DNA of 64,000 nt from a virus (lineage: Duplodnaviria; Heunggongvirae; Uroviricota; Caudoviricetes): IMG/VR virus record IMGVR_UViG_3300035502_000737, one strand, 5' to 3'. The notes beneath the pieces are model-generated. The model searched no databases and had not been told where the DNA came from. It was given only the letters and a program-made list of their open reading frames with translations. The position numbers and the translations under genes are program-made. The first letter of the stretch is position 1, and each line of letters starts with the position of its first letter. Positions 42,019 through 52,002 of this stretch are shown here, in pieces.

Positions 42019-42108
42019 AAGGAAACTAGTGAAGAAATCAAGAAAGCCAAGGAAGTGGAGCGTTTCGATTCTCCAAGTCCTTGGCTTTTCTCTTCTATTC
42101 ATGAGCAA

Positions 42109-42519
42109 TTATAGGTCTTCCAATGCCTTGCGGATGACGGATGCCTCACGGGATTTGATGTGGTATTCAGAACCCGTGTCATTCTTCAGTCCCTTCAGCT
42201 TTTTCCTAAGCTGTGACTGGGCGCCTTCGGGAGTATGGTCGGGATACACCTTTCTTGCCAATGCCGCCACGTTAATCATGTCGTCCTTTGTGGCGTCCCT
42301 ACGGATTTGGTTCTCATCTCCGTGGCTGATGTTGTTTCCGTCACGCCTTTCCGCTTTGTCACTTTGAATCTTCGATTTTGAGTTTCCGTATCCGTTATCT
42401 TCTTCGGATTCCTCTCCGAAGACATTCTCTTGTATGTATTTTCTAATAGACTCCGTTACAATCTTGTCGATATTCATCTTGATACAATCTTTATTGATAA
42501 ATATCTGAAAAAACTTCAA
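42109..42519 (-). CDS. hypothetical protein (minus strand)
   Basis: ORF only. Confidence 0.3.
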   Translation of the reverse strand: MKFFQIFINKDCIKMNIDKIVTESIRKYIQENVFGEESEEDNGYGNSKSKIQSDKAERRDGNNISHGDENQIRRDATKDDMINVAALARKVYPDHTPEGAQSQLRKKLKGLKNDTGSEYHIKSREASVIRKALEDL

Positions 42520-42540
42520 ATTTCATTTGGCGTTTAATTT

Positions 42541-42565
42541 TATTTTTTATATCTTTGCGACGTGA
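42541..42565 (+). promoter_or_regulatory. phage consensus promoter (tattttttatatctttgcgacgtgaaa)
   Basis: motif; implies start at ATG 42605. Confidence 0.45.
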
Positions 42566-42604
42566 AACATATTGTCAAACAATCAATCGAAACATATAAC
42601 AGAC

Positions 42605-44173
42605 ATGGAAAACGAATTTATAGGGCATGACGCTCTTACGGAAAACGGAGCGGTGTCCAATTCCACAAGCGGTTCTCATTTGGTAGACCAATTCGGAAAG
42701 GCTTCCACGCAGAGAGGTAGAAGTTATGATGAAGTTGCCAAAGACCAAGAGGCAATTTGGAACGAGGACAAGGAATTGTCAATTCGTTTCATATTCTATC
42801 TGCGTATGGTGACTCGAAAGGTCAAGATAAGAAGCAATAGCGTCACGGAAACTGTTCAGAACGGACAAGGAGTTAAGGACGAGTCTTTCAAGAGACTCCT
42901 TTGGCTTGCCTACAACCACCCAAAAGAATTTTATAAGAATGTATGGCTGCTTCCCGTCGTGGGTTCTTGGAAGGACTTATTTACCCTCTTGCTGTATGAC
43001 TTCAAGCACGAGAAGAAGATTGACCGTCATAAGATTTATGACATTCTTAACAAGGGACTTACGGACGATACGCAGTGTGACCTTATCAAGAAGTACATGC
43101 CGAGAATCGTGTCGGCGAAGAAGAGAAAGACAGAACGTGAGCTTATGCTGAACGGCATCGCTTGCTCCTTCGCAAGATACAACGGTTGGAACATCGTGAA
43201 ATATAACAAGCTGAAGGTAAGCGGTACGGCGCATGACTTTCAGAAGAAGATATGCGCGAGGGAGTACGAGAAATTGGAATGGGGAAAGATTCCTGGCCGT
43301 GCGCTCTCCATCCTCGTTTCCTCCAACTTCATCAAGAATCACAGCCTCGGAGAATCCTACGAGAAATGGCTGATGGCACAACCCGTCGCCAAGTTCACTG
43401 GTTATCCCTTTGAGCTTGGAGCAAGACTTCGACGAGGCAGTGACATCCCTTATGTGCGCCATACCATTGACAAGCAGTTTGAATCGCTCATCCAAACTTC
43501 CAAGCAAGGAGGGGCTATCCAAGGTAATGTATGGTGCGCGTTGGATACAAGCGGCTCGATGAGTTGGAGTGGCAATCTCAGTTATGGAGGGAATCTAATT
43601 TCGGCGCTTACCATCTGCAAGTCTTTGGGTATTTTCTTCTCTACGCTGAATCAAGGAGCGTTTCACAAGAATGTCATCATGTTCGATGACGAATCCTATG
43701 TGAAACAGCTGAGCGGTACGTTCTGTGAGATGTGGAAACAGATTCCAGATAACGCATGGGGAGGAACGGACTTTATCAGTGTGGTAAACACCATTTGTGA
43801 GATTAGGGAGAAGCATCCCGAAATCCCTTTGAAGGACTATCCATCTACTCTCCTTGTGGTAAGTGATATGCAGTTCAACGGAAATTCAAGCGGAATGACG
43901 AATCAAGAGCACGCTTTGGCATTGCTTTCGGAATATTTTCCAAGAGAGTTTGTGGACGAATTCAAGTTCATTTGGTGGAATGTAACATCTAGAGCTGAGG
44001 ATGTCCCCACAAAGAAGAATGACAACAATACCTTCTTTATCGGAGGATTCGATGGCTCTATTATCACCATGCTGCTCGGAGGCGATGAAAAAAAGAAGAA
44101 GACTCCCGTGAATTCCGAGGAACTTATGAGGTCTGCACTGAGTCAAGAGGTTTTGAATTTAGTACAAGTATGA
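42605..44173 (+). CDS. von Willebrand factor A (vWA) domain protein
   Basis: MIDAS motif LDTSGSMS; ~300-aa N-terminal domain. Confidence 0.55.
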   Translation: MENEFIGHDALTENGAVSNSTSGSHLVDQFGKASTQRGRSYDEVAKDQEAIWNEDKELSIRFIFYLRMVTRKVKIRSNSVTETVQNGQGVKDESFKRLLWLAYNHPKEFYKNVWLLPVVGSWKDLFTLLLYDFKHEKKIDRHKIYDILNKGLTDDTQCDLIKKYMPRIVSAKKRKTERELMLNGIACSFARYNGWNIVKYNKLKVSGTAHDFQKKICAREYEKLEWGKIPGRALSILVSSNFIKNHSLGESYEKWLMAQPVAKFTGYPFELGARLRRGSDIPYVRHTIDKQFESLIQTSKQGGAIQGNVWCALDTSGSMSWSGNLSYGGNLISALTICKSLGIFFSTLNQGAFHKNVIMFDDESYVKQLSGTFCEMWKQIPDNAWGGTDFISVVNTICEIREKHPEIPLKDYPSTLLVVSDMQFNGNSSGMTNQEHALALLSEYFPREFVDEFKFIWWNVTSRAEDVPTKKNDNNTFFIGGFDGSIITMLLGGDEKKKKTPVNSEELMRSALSQEVLNLVQV

Positions 44174-44409
44174 CACAAGAGGAATATGAATATTGGTCTT
44201 CCAAACTCTTGCAAGCTAGATTGAAGCATGACGATTGCATAAGTTTATACAAGTCATTGTATCATCAGCTTCAAGATACTAATATCAGTCTTGAGGCTTG
44301 GGATAGAAAATGCGACGAGTATGAAAGACTTGAAAAATCAAGATTCAAACTGATTGAAGACATAGAGCTAAAATTAAGAGGCTACAGACCTCCGAATGAC
44401 ATCCGTTAA
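44170..44409 (+). CDS. small hypothetical protein
   Basis: ORF. Confidence 0.3.
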   Translation: MTQEEYEYWSSKLLQARLKHDDCISLYKSLYHQLQDTNISLEAWDRKCDEYERLEKSRFKLIEDIELKLRGYRPPNDIR

Positions 44410-44632
44410 AAACAGTGCTATGCTGACACAAGAAGATTTTGATTTCATAAATGAAAATTGCGACCGAGTAAGCAAGAAGTACGGAAGAACCAAGGATGAC
44501 ATAAAGTGGGAAATCCTTGAGAAAAGGTATGACGCGTATAAAAGAGGTGACATTAGCTTTATGGACTATTTATGCGGAGGTTCCAATTCGGTAGAGATTT
44601 CAAATAATGAAGTTGAACAAGACAAAAGATAA
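44396..44632 (+). CDS. small hypothetical protein
   Basis: ORF. Confidence 0.3.
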   Translation: MTSVKNSAMLTQEDFDFINENCDRVSKKYGRTKDDIKWEILEKRYDAYKRGDISFMDYLCGGSNSVEISNNEVEQDKR

Positions 44633-44636
44633 AATC

Positions 44637-45077
44637 ATGCTGATAGATACGATAGATAAGGAGATTTCTTCTGCCATGCACGAGCAGAAGAAATCACGGT
44701 TGAATACATTGAGACTGATTAAGAAGGAATTGGTTGATAAGTCAAAGGACGGTACTCCTTTGACGGAAGAGATTGAAGGAAAGATTCTCTTGAAGATGAA
44801 AGCTCAGAGAGAGGAATCTATAAAGATTTACAAGGATGCGAAGAGAGAAGACCTTGCAGGACAAGAAAACGAGGAACTTCTTGTTATAAATGAGTTCGCT
44901 CCAAAGCTCGCTTCTGACAACGATGTGAGAAAAGAGGCCGAGAAGGTAATCAACGAGGTGTATTATGGCAATGTGTCGATGAAGGATATGAAGAATATCC
45001 TTAACATTGTGAAGAGCGTTTATCCTACCGCAAACGGAAAGGTTGTTTCTGATACGGTGAAGTCTTACATTAAATGA
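44637..45077 (+). CDS. YqeY/GatB C-terminal-domain-like protein
   Basis: MLIDTIDKEISSAMHEQKKSRLNTLRLIKKEL...KAQREESIKIYKDAKREDLAGQENEELLVINEF...GKVVSDTVKSYI. Confidence 0.6.
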   Translation: MLIDTIDKEISSAMHEQKKSRLNTLRLIKKELVDKSKDGTPLTEEIEGKILLKMKAQREESIKIYKDAKREDLAGQENEELLVINEFAPKLASDNDVRKEAEKVINEVYYGNVSMKDMKNILNIVKSVYPTANGKVVSDTVKSYIK

Positions 45078-46384
45078 ATAATGGCGTTATGAACTTGATT
45101 GAGGAATTGAAATGGAGAGGACTTATCTCCAATATGGTGGGAGGAACCGCAGATGAGCTTTTGAATGGCAAGGTTACATTTTATGTGGGAACTGACCCAA
45201 CGGGACCTTCTTTGCATGTTGGACATCTTCTCGCCTTCATCGTTGCAAGACTATTGCAGTCACACGGTCATACGCCCATCATATTGGTAGGTGGCGCTAC
45301 TGCATCACTCGGAGACCCTTCCTTCAAGGCGGAGGAAAGAAAACTTCTTTCCATCGAGCAGATTAACTCCAATGCGGAGAATATCAAGAAGCAGCTCTCC
45401 CATATCATCGACTTCGACAGTGATAAGGAGAACAAGGCAGTCATGGTGAACAACTATGAATGGATGAAGGATTTCTCCTTCCTTGACTTTGCGAGGGAGA
45501 TTGGTAAATACATTACAGTCAATTACATGATGGCCAAGGAATCAGTCAAGATGAGACTTGAAAGGGAAGGAAGCGGACTGAGTTTCACGGAATTCACTTA
45601 CCAACTCTTGCAAGGATACGATTTCTTGCACTTGTATGAGACTTATAACTGCAAGATGCAGATTGGAGGCTCTGACCAATGGGGGAACATCATGACGGGA
45701 ACGGAACTTGTCAGAAAGAAACTTCAGAAGGACGATACTTTCGCACTTGTATGGCCCCTTGCCACACGAGCCGATGGAACCAAATTTGGAAAGTCTGAGG
45801 GAGGAAAGAACGTTTGGCTTGACCCTTCAATGACGACTCCGTTCGATTTCTATCAGTTCTGGGTTAACCAAACCGACGAGGATGCCGAGAAGTACATCAA
45901 GATGTTCACCTTGCTCCCCGTGGAGGATATCAAGACTCTCATCCTCAAGCATAGAGAGAACCCAAGCCAACGGAAACTTCAGAAGGTTCTTGCGTTTGAG
46001 GTGACTTCCATGGTACACTCAATGGAGGATGCAGAGGTTGCAATGGCAAGTTCGGATGCCATGTATGACAAGAATGTCAACAAGGAAACACTGAAAGCAA
46101 TCCCTTGTTCCAACATGGTTTCCATGCTCCAAGATACTAATGTATACAAGGCGCACCGAAGTGATATCAAGAACGGAATCAAGCTGACAGAACTCGGCGT
46201 TAAACTGAATATATACAAATCCAAGGGAGAACTGAGAAAACTCATCAGTGGAGGAGGGATTTCCATTAACACGGAGAAAATCAGCGATGACATCACCATC
46301 GACGAATCCACATTGGTGAGAAATGAATACATTCTACTTAAGCAAGGGAAGAAAGTGTTCAAGTTGATAACCGTTGAAAACTGA
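45074..46384 (+). CDS. tyrS: tyrosyl-tRNA synthetase
   Basis: HIGH motif GPSLHVGHL, KMSKS motif TKFGKSEG, C-terminal S4-like domain. Confidence 0.9.
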   Translation: MNNGVMNLIEELKWRGLISNMVGGTADELLNGKVTFYVGTDPTGPSLHVGHLLAFIVARLLQSHGHTPIILVGGATASLGDPSFKAEERKLLSIEQINSNAENIKKQLSHIIDFDSDKENKAVMVNNYEWMKDFSFLDFAREIGKYITVNYMMAKESVKMRLEREGSGLSFTEFTYQLLQGYDFLHLYETYNCKMQIGGSDQWGNIMTGTELVRKKLQKDDTFALVWPLATRADGTKFGKSEGGKNVWLDPSMTTPFDFYQFWVNQTDEDAEKYIKMFTLLPVEDIKTLILKHRENPSQRKLQKVLAFEVTSMVHSMEDAEVAMASSDAMYDKNVNKETLKAIPCSNMVSMLQDTNVYKAHRSDIKNGIKLTELGVKLNIYKSKGELRKLISGGGISINTEKISDDITIDESTLVRNEYILLKQGKKVFKLITVEN

Positions 46385-46512
46385 TGAAAGTATGGAAAAG
46401 GATAAAGATTCGATACCTTGTTGGAAATATCAAACAAGCTGAGCAAAATAGAAACCTTGATTGACATCTTCATCAAGCATTTGCAAAGAATCGATTAAGC
46501 AAAAAAAAGAAT

Positions 46513-46767
46513 ATGAACAAACTCATATTTGACGAAATCATGAAGCTTCCTTCCGACAAAGAGGGAAGCGTCATGGCTTCAATCGGAAACTTGTCAAAAT
46601 ATGCCGATGTGAAACTCTTGACAAACGAGAAGAACGAGCTATATTACCAAGCGGACGTGAACGACATCTTGGAATCAGAAATGGATGAGGAGGATATGAT
46701 TGGCTTGAGGGATGTCGGTTGGGAGTATAGCCAAGACAAGAAATCCGTTGTGTATAAATTAAGTTAG
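46513..46767 (+). CDS. small hypothetical protein
   Basis: ORF. Confidence 0.35.
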   Translation: MNKLIFDEIMKLPSDKEGSVMASIGNLSKYADVKLLTNEKNELYYQADVNDILESEMDEEDMIGLRDVGWEYSQDKKSVVYKLS

Positions 46768-46792
46768 AATAATAAAAATAGAAACAATAACC

Positions 46793-47314
46793 ATGTCAAT
46801 CCATGTAAATTTTATCGGCCATTTGGCCAAGGATGCGGAACCGAAAATATCCAAGAACGGTCAAAGAGAATACCTTTCTTATACCGTTGCAGTGAATGAG
46901 TTTGTCAGAGGAGAAACCAAAACGAGTTGGATGAGAGTGACCGACTTGTCAGAAAGCGGAAAACAAATCAAGAATTACCTCAAGAAAGGCGCACACATTG
47001 TAGTATATGGCACTGAGACGGTTAACCCGTATTTGGACAAGGAAGGGAAAATGCAAGTGAGCCGAGACATCATGGCCGACCGAGTGGAATTCGTCGGAGG
47101 AGGAAAGAAAAACGATAATGCGAATGGAACTCAGCAGCAAGCACAAGTTCCCTCTTATACCAATTCACCCTCGGCAGAACCATCTTTTCCGCCTTCCAAC
47201 TTTCAATGTGGAAACCAACTGAACAGAACGCCACAGCAGTCATCTGCTCTTAGCTATCAGCAGCAGCCGCTTCCGTTCAGTCCCAAAGATTCTGATGATG
47301 ACTTGCCTTTCTGA
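46793..47314 (+). CDS. ssb: single-stranded DNA-binding protein
   Basis: OB-fold-length N-domain, G/Q/P-rich linker, acidic tail DSDDDLPF. Confidence 0.75.
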   Translation: MSIHVNFIGHLAKDAEPKISKNGQREYLSYTVAVNEFVRGETKTSWMRVTDLSESGKQIKNYLKKGAHIVVYGTETVNPYLDKEGKMQVSRDIMADRVEFVGGGKKNDNANGTQQQAQVPSYTNSPSAEPSFPPSNFQCGNQLNRTPQQSSALSYQQQPLPFSPKDSDDDLPF

Positions 47315-47367
47315 TTGAATGTTTAAAGAAGCTTAAAAATTGTCATGAAATTTGGCTGTTATGATTT

Positions 47368-47392
47368 TATTTCATATCTTTGCACTGTGAAA
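47368..47392 (+). promoter_or_regulatory. phage consensus promoter (ttatttcatatctttgcactgtgaaa)
   Basis: motif; implies start ATG 47413. Confidence 0.45.
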
Positions 47393-47412
47393 CAATAAAA
47401 ATAACGAAGATT

Positions 47413-48603
47413 ATGGAAATGCCAAAAACCCAAACAGTGGAGACTCCCATCATGGACTTATCTGTCTTTGACACAAAGTTCGAAACGAAAGTGGCAAAGT
47501 CTTCCAATTCAATCATTGACGAGAATGGTAACGTGGACCTCGAAAGACTTACTGATGAGGATAAGCAGAAATGCGCCCAACTCACAAGAAACATCAAGTC
47601 CAACGACGTTAACTCCATCACCAATTACGGAAGTGACTTGCAAGGCGCTATGAACAAGTGCAGCAGTGACTTGATTTCCCATGTGCGTGCACCAAAATGC
47701 GGAGATATGGGAACCTTAATTACAAACTTGCTTGCTGAGCTTGATTACATTGACGCGGATGAGCTTGAACCTTCTGAATTTAAGAAATTCATGCGGAAGG
47801 TTCCCGTCCTCAAAATGTTTGTCAGCAGCGTGGAGAAGGTCATGAAGAAGTATGACACCATCGAGAAGAACGTGATTGACATTTCCAACAAAATCAAGGC
47901 CACCTCTTTGAAGGCACAATCGGACAACAACGCCTTGGAGGACATGTTCAAGAACAACAAGATTTTCGTCAGACAAGCGAGACAGTATGTTATCGCTGGA
48001 AAGCTGAAACTCTCCGAATACCAACAACAACTCTCCATCATGCGTGCCAACTCCGACAAGTACGAACCCTATGAGGTGAGTGACATGGAAAGTTTCATCA
48101 ATACATTCGACAGAAAGTTGACAGACCTACATACATTGTGCTATGTGGCGGAAATGACCATTCCGCAGATTCGTATGATTCAGCAGAACAACATTTCCAT
48201 CTGTCAGAAGGCGGACACTATCGTTTCAACCACCATTCCGCTTTGGAAACAACAGCTATCCTTGGCAGTGGCACTTCAAAGTCAGCAAGAGAACATCAAG
48301 GCGCAGAGAAAGGTCACTGAGACAACCAACCAACTTCTGAAGAAGAACGCTGAAAGGCTCTATCAGAACAGTGTGGAAGTCGCAAGAGAGAACGAGAGAG
48401 CCATCATTGATGTGGAAGTGCTGAAGGAAACAACCGCCAAGCTCATCGACACTGTCAACGAGGTGAGAAAGATTCACGAAGAAGCTGCAGTTAACAGACG
48501 GAATGCGGAATCAGCACTTACCGAACTTGAGGCATCACTGAGCGACCGAATGAGAAGTGGAGCGGATAGTTCCACTTCAAGCCAATTCATTGCCATACCA
48601 TAA
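47413..48603 (+). CDS. TelA/KlaA-like (toxic anion resistance family) protein
   Basis: length and helical pattern; ...TIPQIRMIQQNN...TTIPLWKQQ...TNQLLKKNAERL... resembles TelA core. Confidence 0.45.
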   Translation: MEMPKTQTVETPIMDLSVFDTKFETKVAKSSNSIIDENGNVDLERLTDEDKQKCAQLTRNIKSNDVNSITNYGSDLQGAMNKCSSDLISHVRAPKCGDMGTLITNLLAELDYIDADELEPSEFKKFMRKVPVLKMFVSSVEKVMKKYDTIEKNVIDISNKIKATSLKAQSDNNALEDMFKNNKIFVRQARQYVIAGKLKLSEYQQQLSIMRANSDKYEPYEVSDMESFINTFDRKLTDLHTLCYVAEMTIPQIRMIQQNNISICQKADTIVSTTIPLWKQQLSLAVALQSQQENIKAQRKVTETTNQLLKKNAERLYQNSVEVARENERAIIDVEVLKETTAKLIDTVNEVRKIHEEAAVNRRNAESALTELEASLSDRMRSGADSSTSSQFIAIP

Positions 48604-48616
48604 ACATTAAGAAGAA

Positions 48617-49432
48617 ATGCAGTACCGACTACTTGACAGTGCATATATTATCCCATACTTCAACAAGAAGGAATACTTGGAAAGTCTCAAGGAAAAGGAG
48701 GATAAAACCGAGGAAGAACCGAAGGAGGAAGATAGAAGACACTTCGAAATCGGAGCGAACTACACGCTTTCTTCCGAGGAAAATGAGGATTTCGATACTG
48801 AAAAGTCTTTGTATAATGTGGTTGCAACCGTAGGAACAATCGCCGACATACCCGTTGACGCTGTAGTGGTCAAGCAACTTGAAGGAGAGGAAGGGAAAAT
48901 GTTCACTCTCACAAAGAATGATTGCAAATACCTTGGAATCCCCTTCCAAGAACGCTTGATGCTGTTCCCAAAAGGTATGAATTGGGAGAAGGCGCTTACT
49001 GATGATGAGAAAAGAAAGCATTTGGAACAGATGATTAACCAACCTACAGAAGTACAGAGAAAACCGTTCAATCCCGAAGCATTCGACCCGATGGACTTGT
49101 CCACCTATCCGTTCAATGAGGCAGACAAGCAAACGGACACTTTGGTCCTCAAGATTGCCCCACTCAAGATTAACGGAGGAACATTCAAAGTAGGAAAGAT
49201 GTACGGGCCAATCAGTTCAAACCCCCAAGTTTACGCTAGGAACGACGTCTTCGGAGTAGACAAGCAATGCTATATGAAGATTGACAACGATTGCGTTAAA
49301 GTTGTATCGGATGACGATAGAAGGTCTTTGCTTCTATTCATAAAATTGCCCTTGTCAGCAAAACTAATCGATTTCAAGGACAAGGAATTCAGTTACTACT
49401 TCAAGATTTATTTTTGGAGCGAACTAATGTAA
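48617..49432 (+). CDS. hypothetical protein
   Basis: ORF. Confidence 0.45.
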   Translation: MQYRLLDSAYIIPYFNKKEYLESLKEKEDKTEEEPKEEDRRHFEIGANYTLSSEENEDFDTEKSLYNVVATVGTIADIPVDAVVVKQLEGEEGKMFTLTKNDCKYLGIPFQERLMLFPKGMNWEKALTDDEKRKHLEQMINQPTEVQRKPFNPEAFDPMDLSTYPFNEADKQTDTLVLKIAPLKINGGTFKVGKMYGPISSNPQVYARNDVFGVDKQCYMKIDNDCVKVVSDDDRRSLLLFIKLPLSAKLIDFKDKEFSYYFKIYFWSELM

Positions 49433-49450
49433 ACAAAAGAAAAGAAGAAT

Positions 49451-49912
49451 ATGGATTTTAAAGAAATAGCTGAACAGTGTGGGATGGAAATAAAAGGATA
49501 CATCCCACTCATCGATTCTCCGAAAGAATTGGATTTGGGATTCGGAGAGGTTATCCAAGTCATACAAGACCCCAAGGAAGCCGCAGAAGAGCTAAAGAAA
49601 GGACATAAGGTGGCTCGTTTTGAATACGGAGACAGTATGATGCCAATCTTCTACAGCGGTGAATATGCGGTATTGACGCCGAAGATTTCACCATTTGACA
49701 TCCATATCGGTGACGCTGTGTTTTGCGAGCTGAATGGATATTATATGACGCACATGGTGCTGAACGTATCCGATTCAGCCGCGAATGAGAAGTACTACTT
49801 GATTGGAAACACCGCCCTACAGCCTTATGGATGGGTCCCGTACAGTAAGGTTTACGCCAAGGCAAAAGGAACAAGAATCTTGAAGGAGTGGGATACACAT
49901 ACCGATGAATAG
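49451..49912 (+). CDS. S24-family (LexA/UmuD-like) serine peptidase domain protein
   Basis: GDSMMPIFYSGEYAVL Ser-nucleophile motif, downstream Lys. Confidence 0.55.
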   Translation: MDFKEIAEQCGMEIKGYIPLIDSPKELDLGFGEVIQVIQDPKEAAEELKKGHKVARFEYGDSMMPIFYSGEYAVLTPKISPFDIHIGDAVFCELNGYYMTHMVLNVSDSAANEKYYLIGNTALQPYGWVPYSKVYAKAKGTRILKEWDTHTDE

Positions 49913-50023
49913 GAAATAACTTTATATCCATTGATATTTTTCTCATTTCCTAGATATTTATAGCAGATGATTTGAGACAAAGAAAAAAAGTTTGAAAAAA
50001 GTTTCATAAACATTTGGTTCTTC

Positions 50024-50052
50024 TGAAAACTTTATATATCTTTGCAATGTGA
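50024..50052 (+). promoter_or_regulatory. phage consensus promoter driving tRNA array
   Basis: aaaactttatatatctttgcaatgtgaga 30 nt upstream of first tRNA. Confidence 0.5.
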
Positions 50053-50080
50053 GACAGAAACAGTGATGATGAAAATAGTT

Positions 50081-50152
50081 AGTCCCTTGGTGTAACGGTT
50101 AGCACAGCAGATTTTGATTCTGCTAGTAAAAGTTCGAATCTTTTAGGAACTA
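50081..50152 (+). tRNA. tRNA-Gln (anticodon TTG)
   Basis: cloverleaf: AC arm gcaga-ttTTGat-tctgc, T-arm aaaag-ttcgaat-ctttt. Confidence 0.7.
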
Positions 50153-50161
50153 CAAAAAGAC

Positions 50162-50244
50162 TGAGAGATACCAGAGTGGTCAAATGGGGCGGACTGTAAA
50201 TCCGCTGCTTTACAGCTTCAGAAGTTCGAATCTTCTTCTCTCAA
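50162..50244 (+). tRNA. tRNA-Tyr (anticodon GTA), long variable arm
   Basis: acceptor tgagaga/tctctca, AC loop ctGTAaa, T-arm agaag-ttcgaat-cttct. Confidence 0.7.
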
Positions 50245-50327
50245 CTATATTCGGAAACTTACAGCAAGATTTTCTAGACAAAGCATCTTATATGATTAGA
50301 AGCAAACAGCAAGTTTCCTACTCCATC

Positions 50328-50400
50328 GCGAAGAGTAGCACAATTGGTAGTGCAGCGACAATCCTGTCGTAAAATGTGGGTTCGATTCCCACCTCTCGCT
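50328..50400 (+). pseudogene. degenerate tRNA-like element (tRNA pseudogene?)
   Basis: good D-arm (gcac-aattggta-gtgc) and T-arm (gtggg-ttcgatt-cccac) but anticodon arm cannot form 5-bp stem/7-nt loop; extra nt in 5' acceptor strand. Confidence 0.35.
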
Positions 50401-50465
50401 CAATGGAAGAAAAAAAATAACAAGAATTTTTATCAAAACTAATCACATTCCATATACTTATTGAT

Positions 50466-50747
50466 ATGGAAAGAACTAAGAAAAAGAAAAACAAATCAAC
50501 CAAGAATAAGAAAATCGGCAATTTCGCTGAAAATCTGCAAAGGGAAGGATTACTTAATCTTTACCTTGTGGCACTGTTCAGCGCTGATTCACTCCAAGAC
50601 AAGGAAGACTGCGAAAGGTCACTCAAACACTTGGAGGAACTGAAATCGGAAACCGAGAAATCCAAATTAGAGAACAAAGATTACTATCTCGATATGATTG
50701 AGAAAGGAAAGGATATCGTCATGAAAGAGATGGAAAACATGAAATAA
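50466..50747 (+). CDS. small hypothetical K/E-rich protein
   Basis: ORF between tRNAs. Confidence 0.3.
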   Translation: MERTKKKKNKSTKNKKIGNFAENLQREGLLNLYLVALFSADSLQDKEDCERSLKHLEELKSETEKSKLENKDYYLDMIEKGKDIVMKEMENMK

Positions 50748-50756
50748 TTAAATATC

Positions 50757-50827
50757 GCGGAGTAGTGTAAAAGGTTAAAATACAAGTCTCATAAGCTTGT
50801 GATTTGGGTTCGAGTCCCAACTCCGCA
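50757..50827 (+). tRNA. tRNA-Met (anticodon CAT)
   Basis: acceptor gcggagt/actccgc, AC arm caagt-ctCATaa-gcttg. Confidence 0.65.
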
Positions 50828-50852
50828 ACTCTTTTCCCACACACATTCACCC

Positions 50853-51200
50853 ATGCAAAGAACGCTTGAAACGGTCATGAAGGAATGCCCTCGGCACGGA
50901 CTTACCGAGCATTTCGTACAGAAGAACGGAACGCCACGGTGCAAGAAATGCCGCATGATGTACATGGACGAGACCCGTGAGCGCAACAAGCGTTATCTGT
51001 TGGACTTGAAAGGAGGAAAATGTGAAATCTGCGGATATGACGAATGTGTCGACGCCTTGGAATTTCATCACATTAATCCGAATGACAAGAGTTTCAACAT
51101 CGGTGACAAATTGCTTTGGAACAGAGAAACGTTGGCTGAGGAAGCGAAGAAGTGCATGCTCCTTTGCTGTAACTGCCATCGGGAACTTCACTCCAAATAA
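50853..51200 (+). CDS. HNH endonuclease (start at ATG 50853 after tRNA-Met)
   Basis: CEICGYDECVDALEFHHINPNDKSFNI...CMLLCCNCHRELH. Confidence 0.6.
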   Translation: MQRTLETVMKECPRHGLTEHFVQKNGTPRCKKCRMMYMDETRERNKRYLLDLKGGKCEICGYDECVDALEFHHINPNDKSFNIGDKLLWNRETLAEEAKKCMLLCCNCHRELHSK

Positions 51201-51201
51201 T

Positions 51202-51274
51202 CTAGACGTAGCTCAGTAGGTAGAGTGCTTGCTTTGGGAGCAAGATGTCGCGTGTTCGAACCACGCCGCCTAGA
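51202..51274 (+). tRNA. tRNA-Pro (anticodon TGG)
   Basis: D-arm gctc-agtaggta-gagt, AC arm cttgc-ttTGGga-gcaag, T-arm gcgtg-ttcgaac-cacgc. Confidence 0.7.
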
Positions 51275-51294
51275 CAATAAATCTAGTACTTTTT

Positions 51295-52002
51295 GTGGAA
51301 GAAGAACTTGAAGTTCTCTCCAAGAATGAACTGAGGAATATTCAGAACAAGAATTTAAGGAGAGAACACAAACTCGCATTGATAGCATATAAGGGAGGAA
51401 AATGCGAAAGATGCGGATACGACAAATGTATTGATGCCTTGGAATTCCATCACGTGAATCCGAACGAGAAGTCATTTGACATAGCACAAAAGATTCTCAT
51501 GAACGAGGAAGCGCTGAAGAAAGAGGCTGACAAGTGCATCTTGGTTTGTTCCAACTGTCATAGAAAAATACATTATGACTTGGTGCAAGAAAAGAAAAGG
51601 TTGAACAAGATTGAGGAGGAGGAAAACATAAGGAAATGGAATGATACACATGACATCAAGTTCCACTCGGAAAGAATCATGGACTTCTTGACAAAGGAGA
51701 TTCTTGAGGAGGACGAGTCGGAAGGGATATCTATCAAGGAAGCAGCAAGACGGCATGGAGTTAGCGAGCCTCACTACAAGAGGTTGAGACGGATGAACGG
51801 ATTGACCGAAGAGGCTGAATGCAAGCTGAAGGATGTCACCGTAAAGGAAGTGCTTGACGCTTTCAAGGAGTTGGGTTCTTTCCTTGCGGTAGGAAGAAAG
51901 TTCCAAGTGAGTGACAAGGCAATCGCCAAGTTCTTGAAAAGGAACGGACTTCCGTATGGCAAGAAAGGTGTTATGGACTACATTAAGGATTTGAAATGTT
52001 AA
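51295..52002 (+). CDS. HNH endonuclease paralog with C-terminal extension
   Basis: CERCGYDKCIDALEFHHVNPNEKSFDI...CILVCSNCHRKIH. Confidence 0.6.
   Translation: MEEELEVLSKNELRNIQNKNLRREHKLALIAYKGGKCERCGYDKCIDALEFHHVNPNEKSFDIAQKILMNEEALKKEADKCILVCSNCHRKIHYDLVQEKKRLNKIEEEENIRKWNDTHDIKFHSERIMDFLTKEILEEDESEGISIKEAARRHGVSEPHYKRLRRMNGLTEEAECKLKDVTVKEVLDAFKELGSFLAVGRKFQVSDKAIAKFLKRNGLPYGKKGVMDYIKDLKC

Noticed and set aside
50184-50372. 62-aa ORF and other short ORFs overlapping tRNAs (50318-50521, 51188-51487, 52586-52795)
   Set aside because: They overlap well-formed tRNA structures and are spurious.
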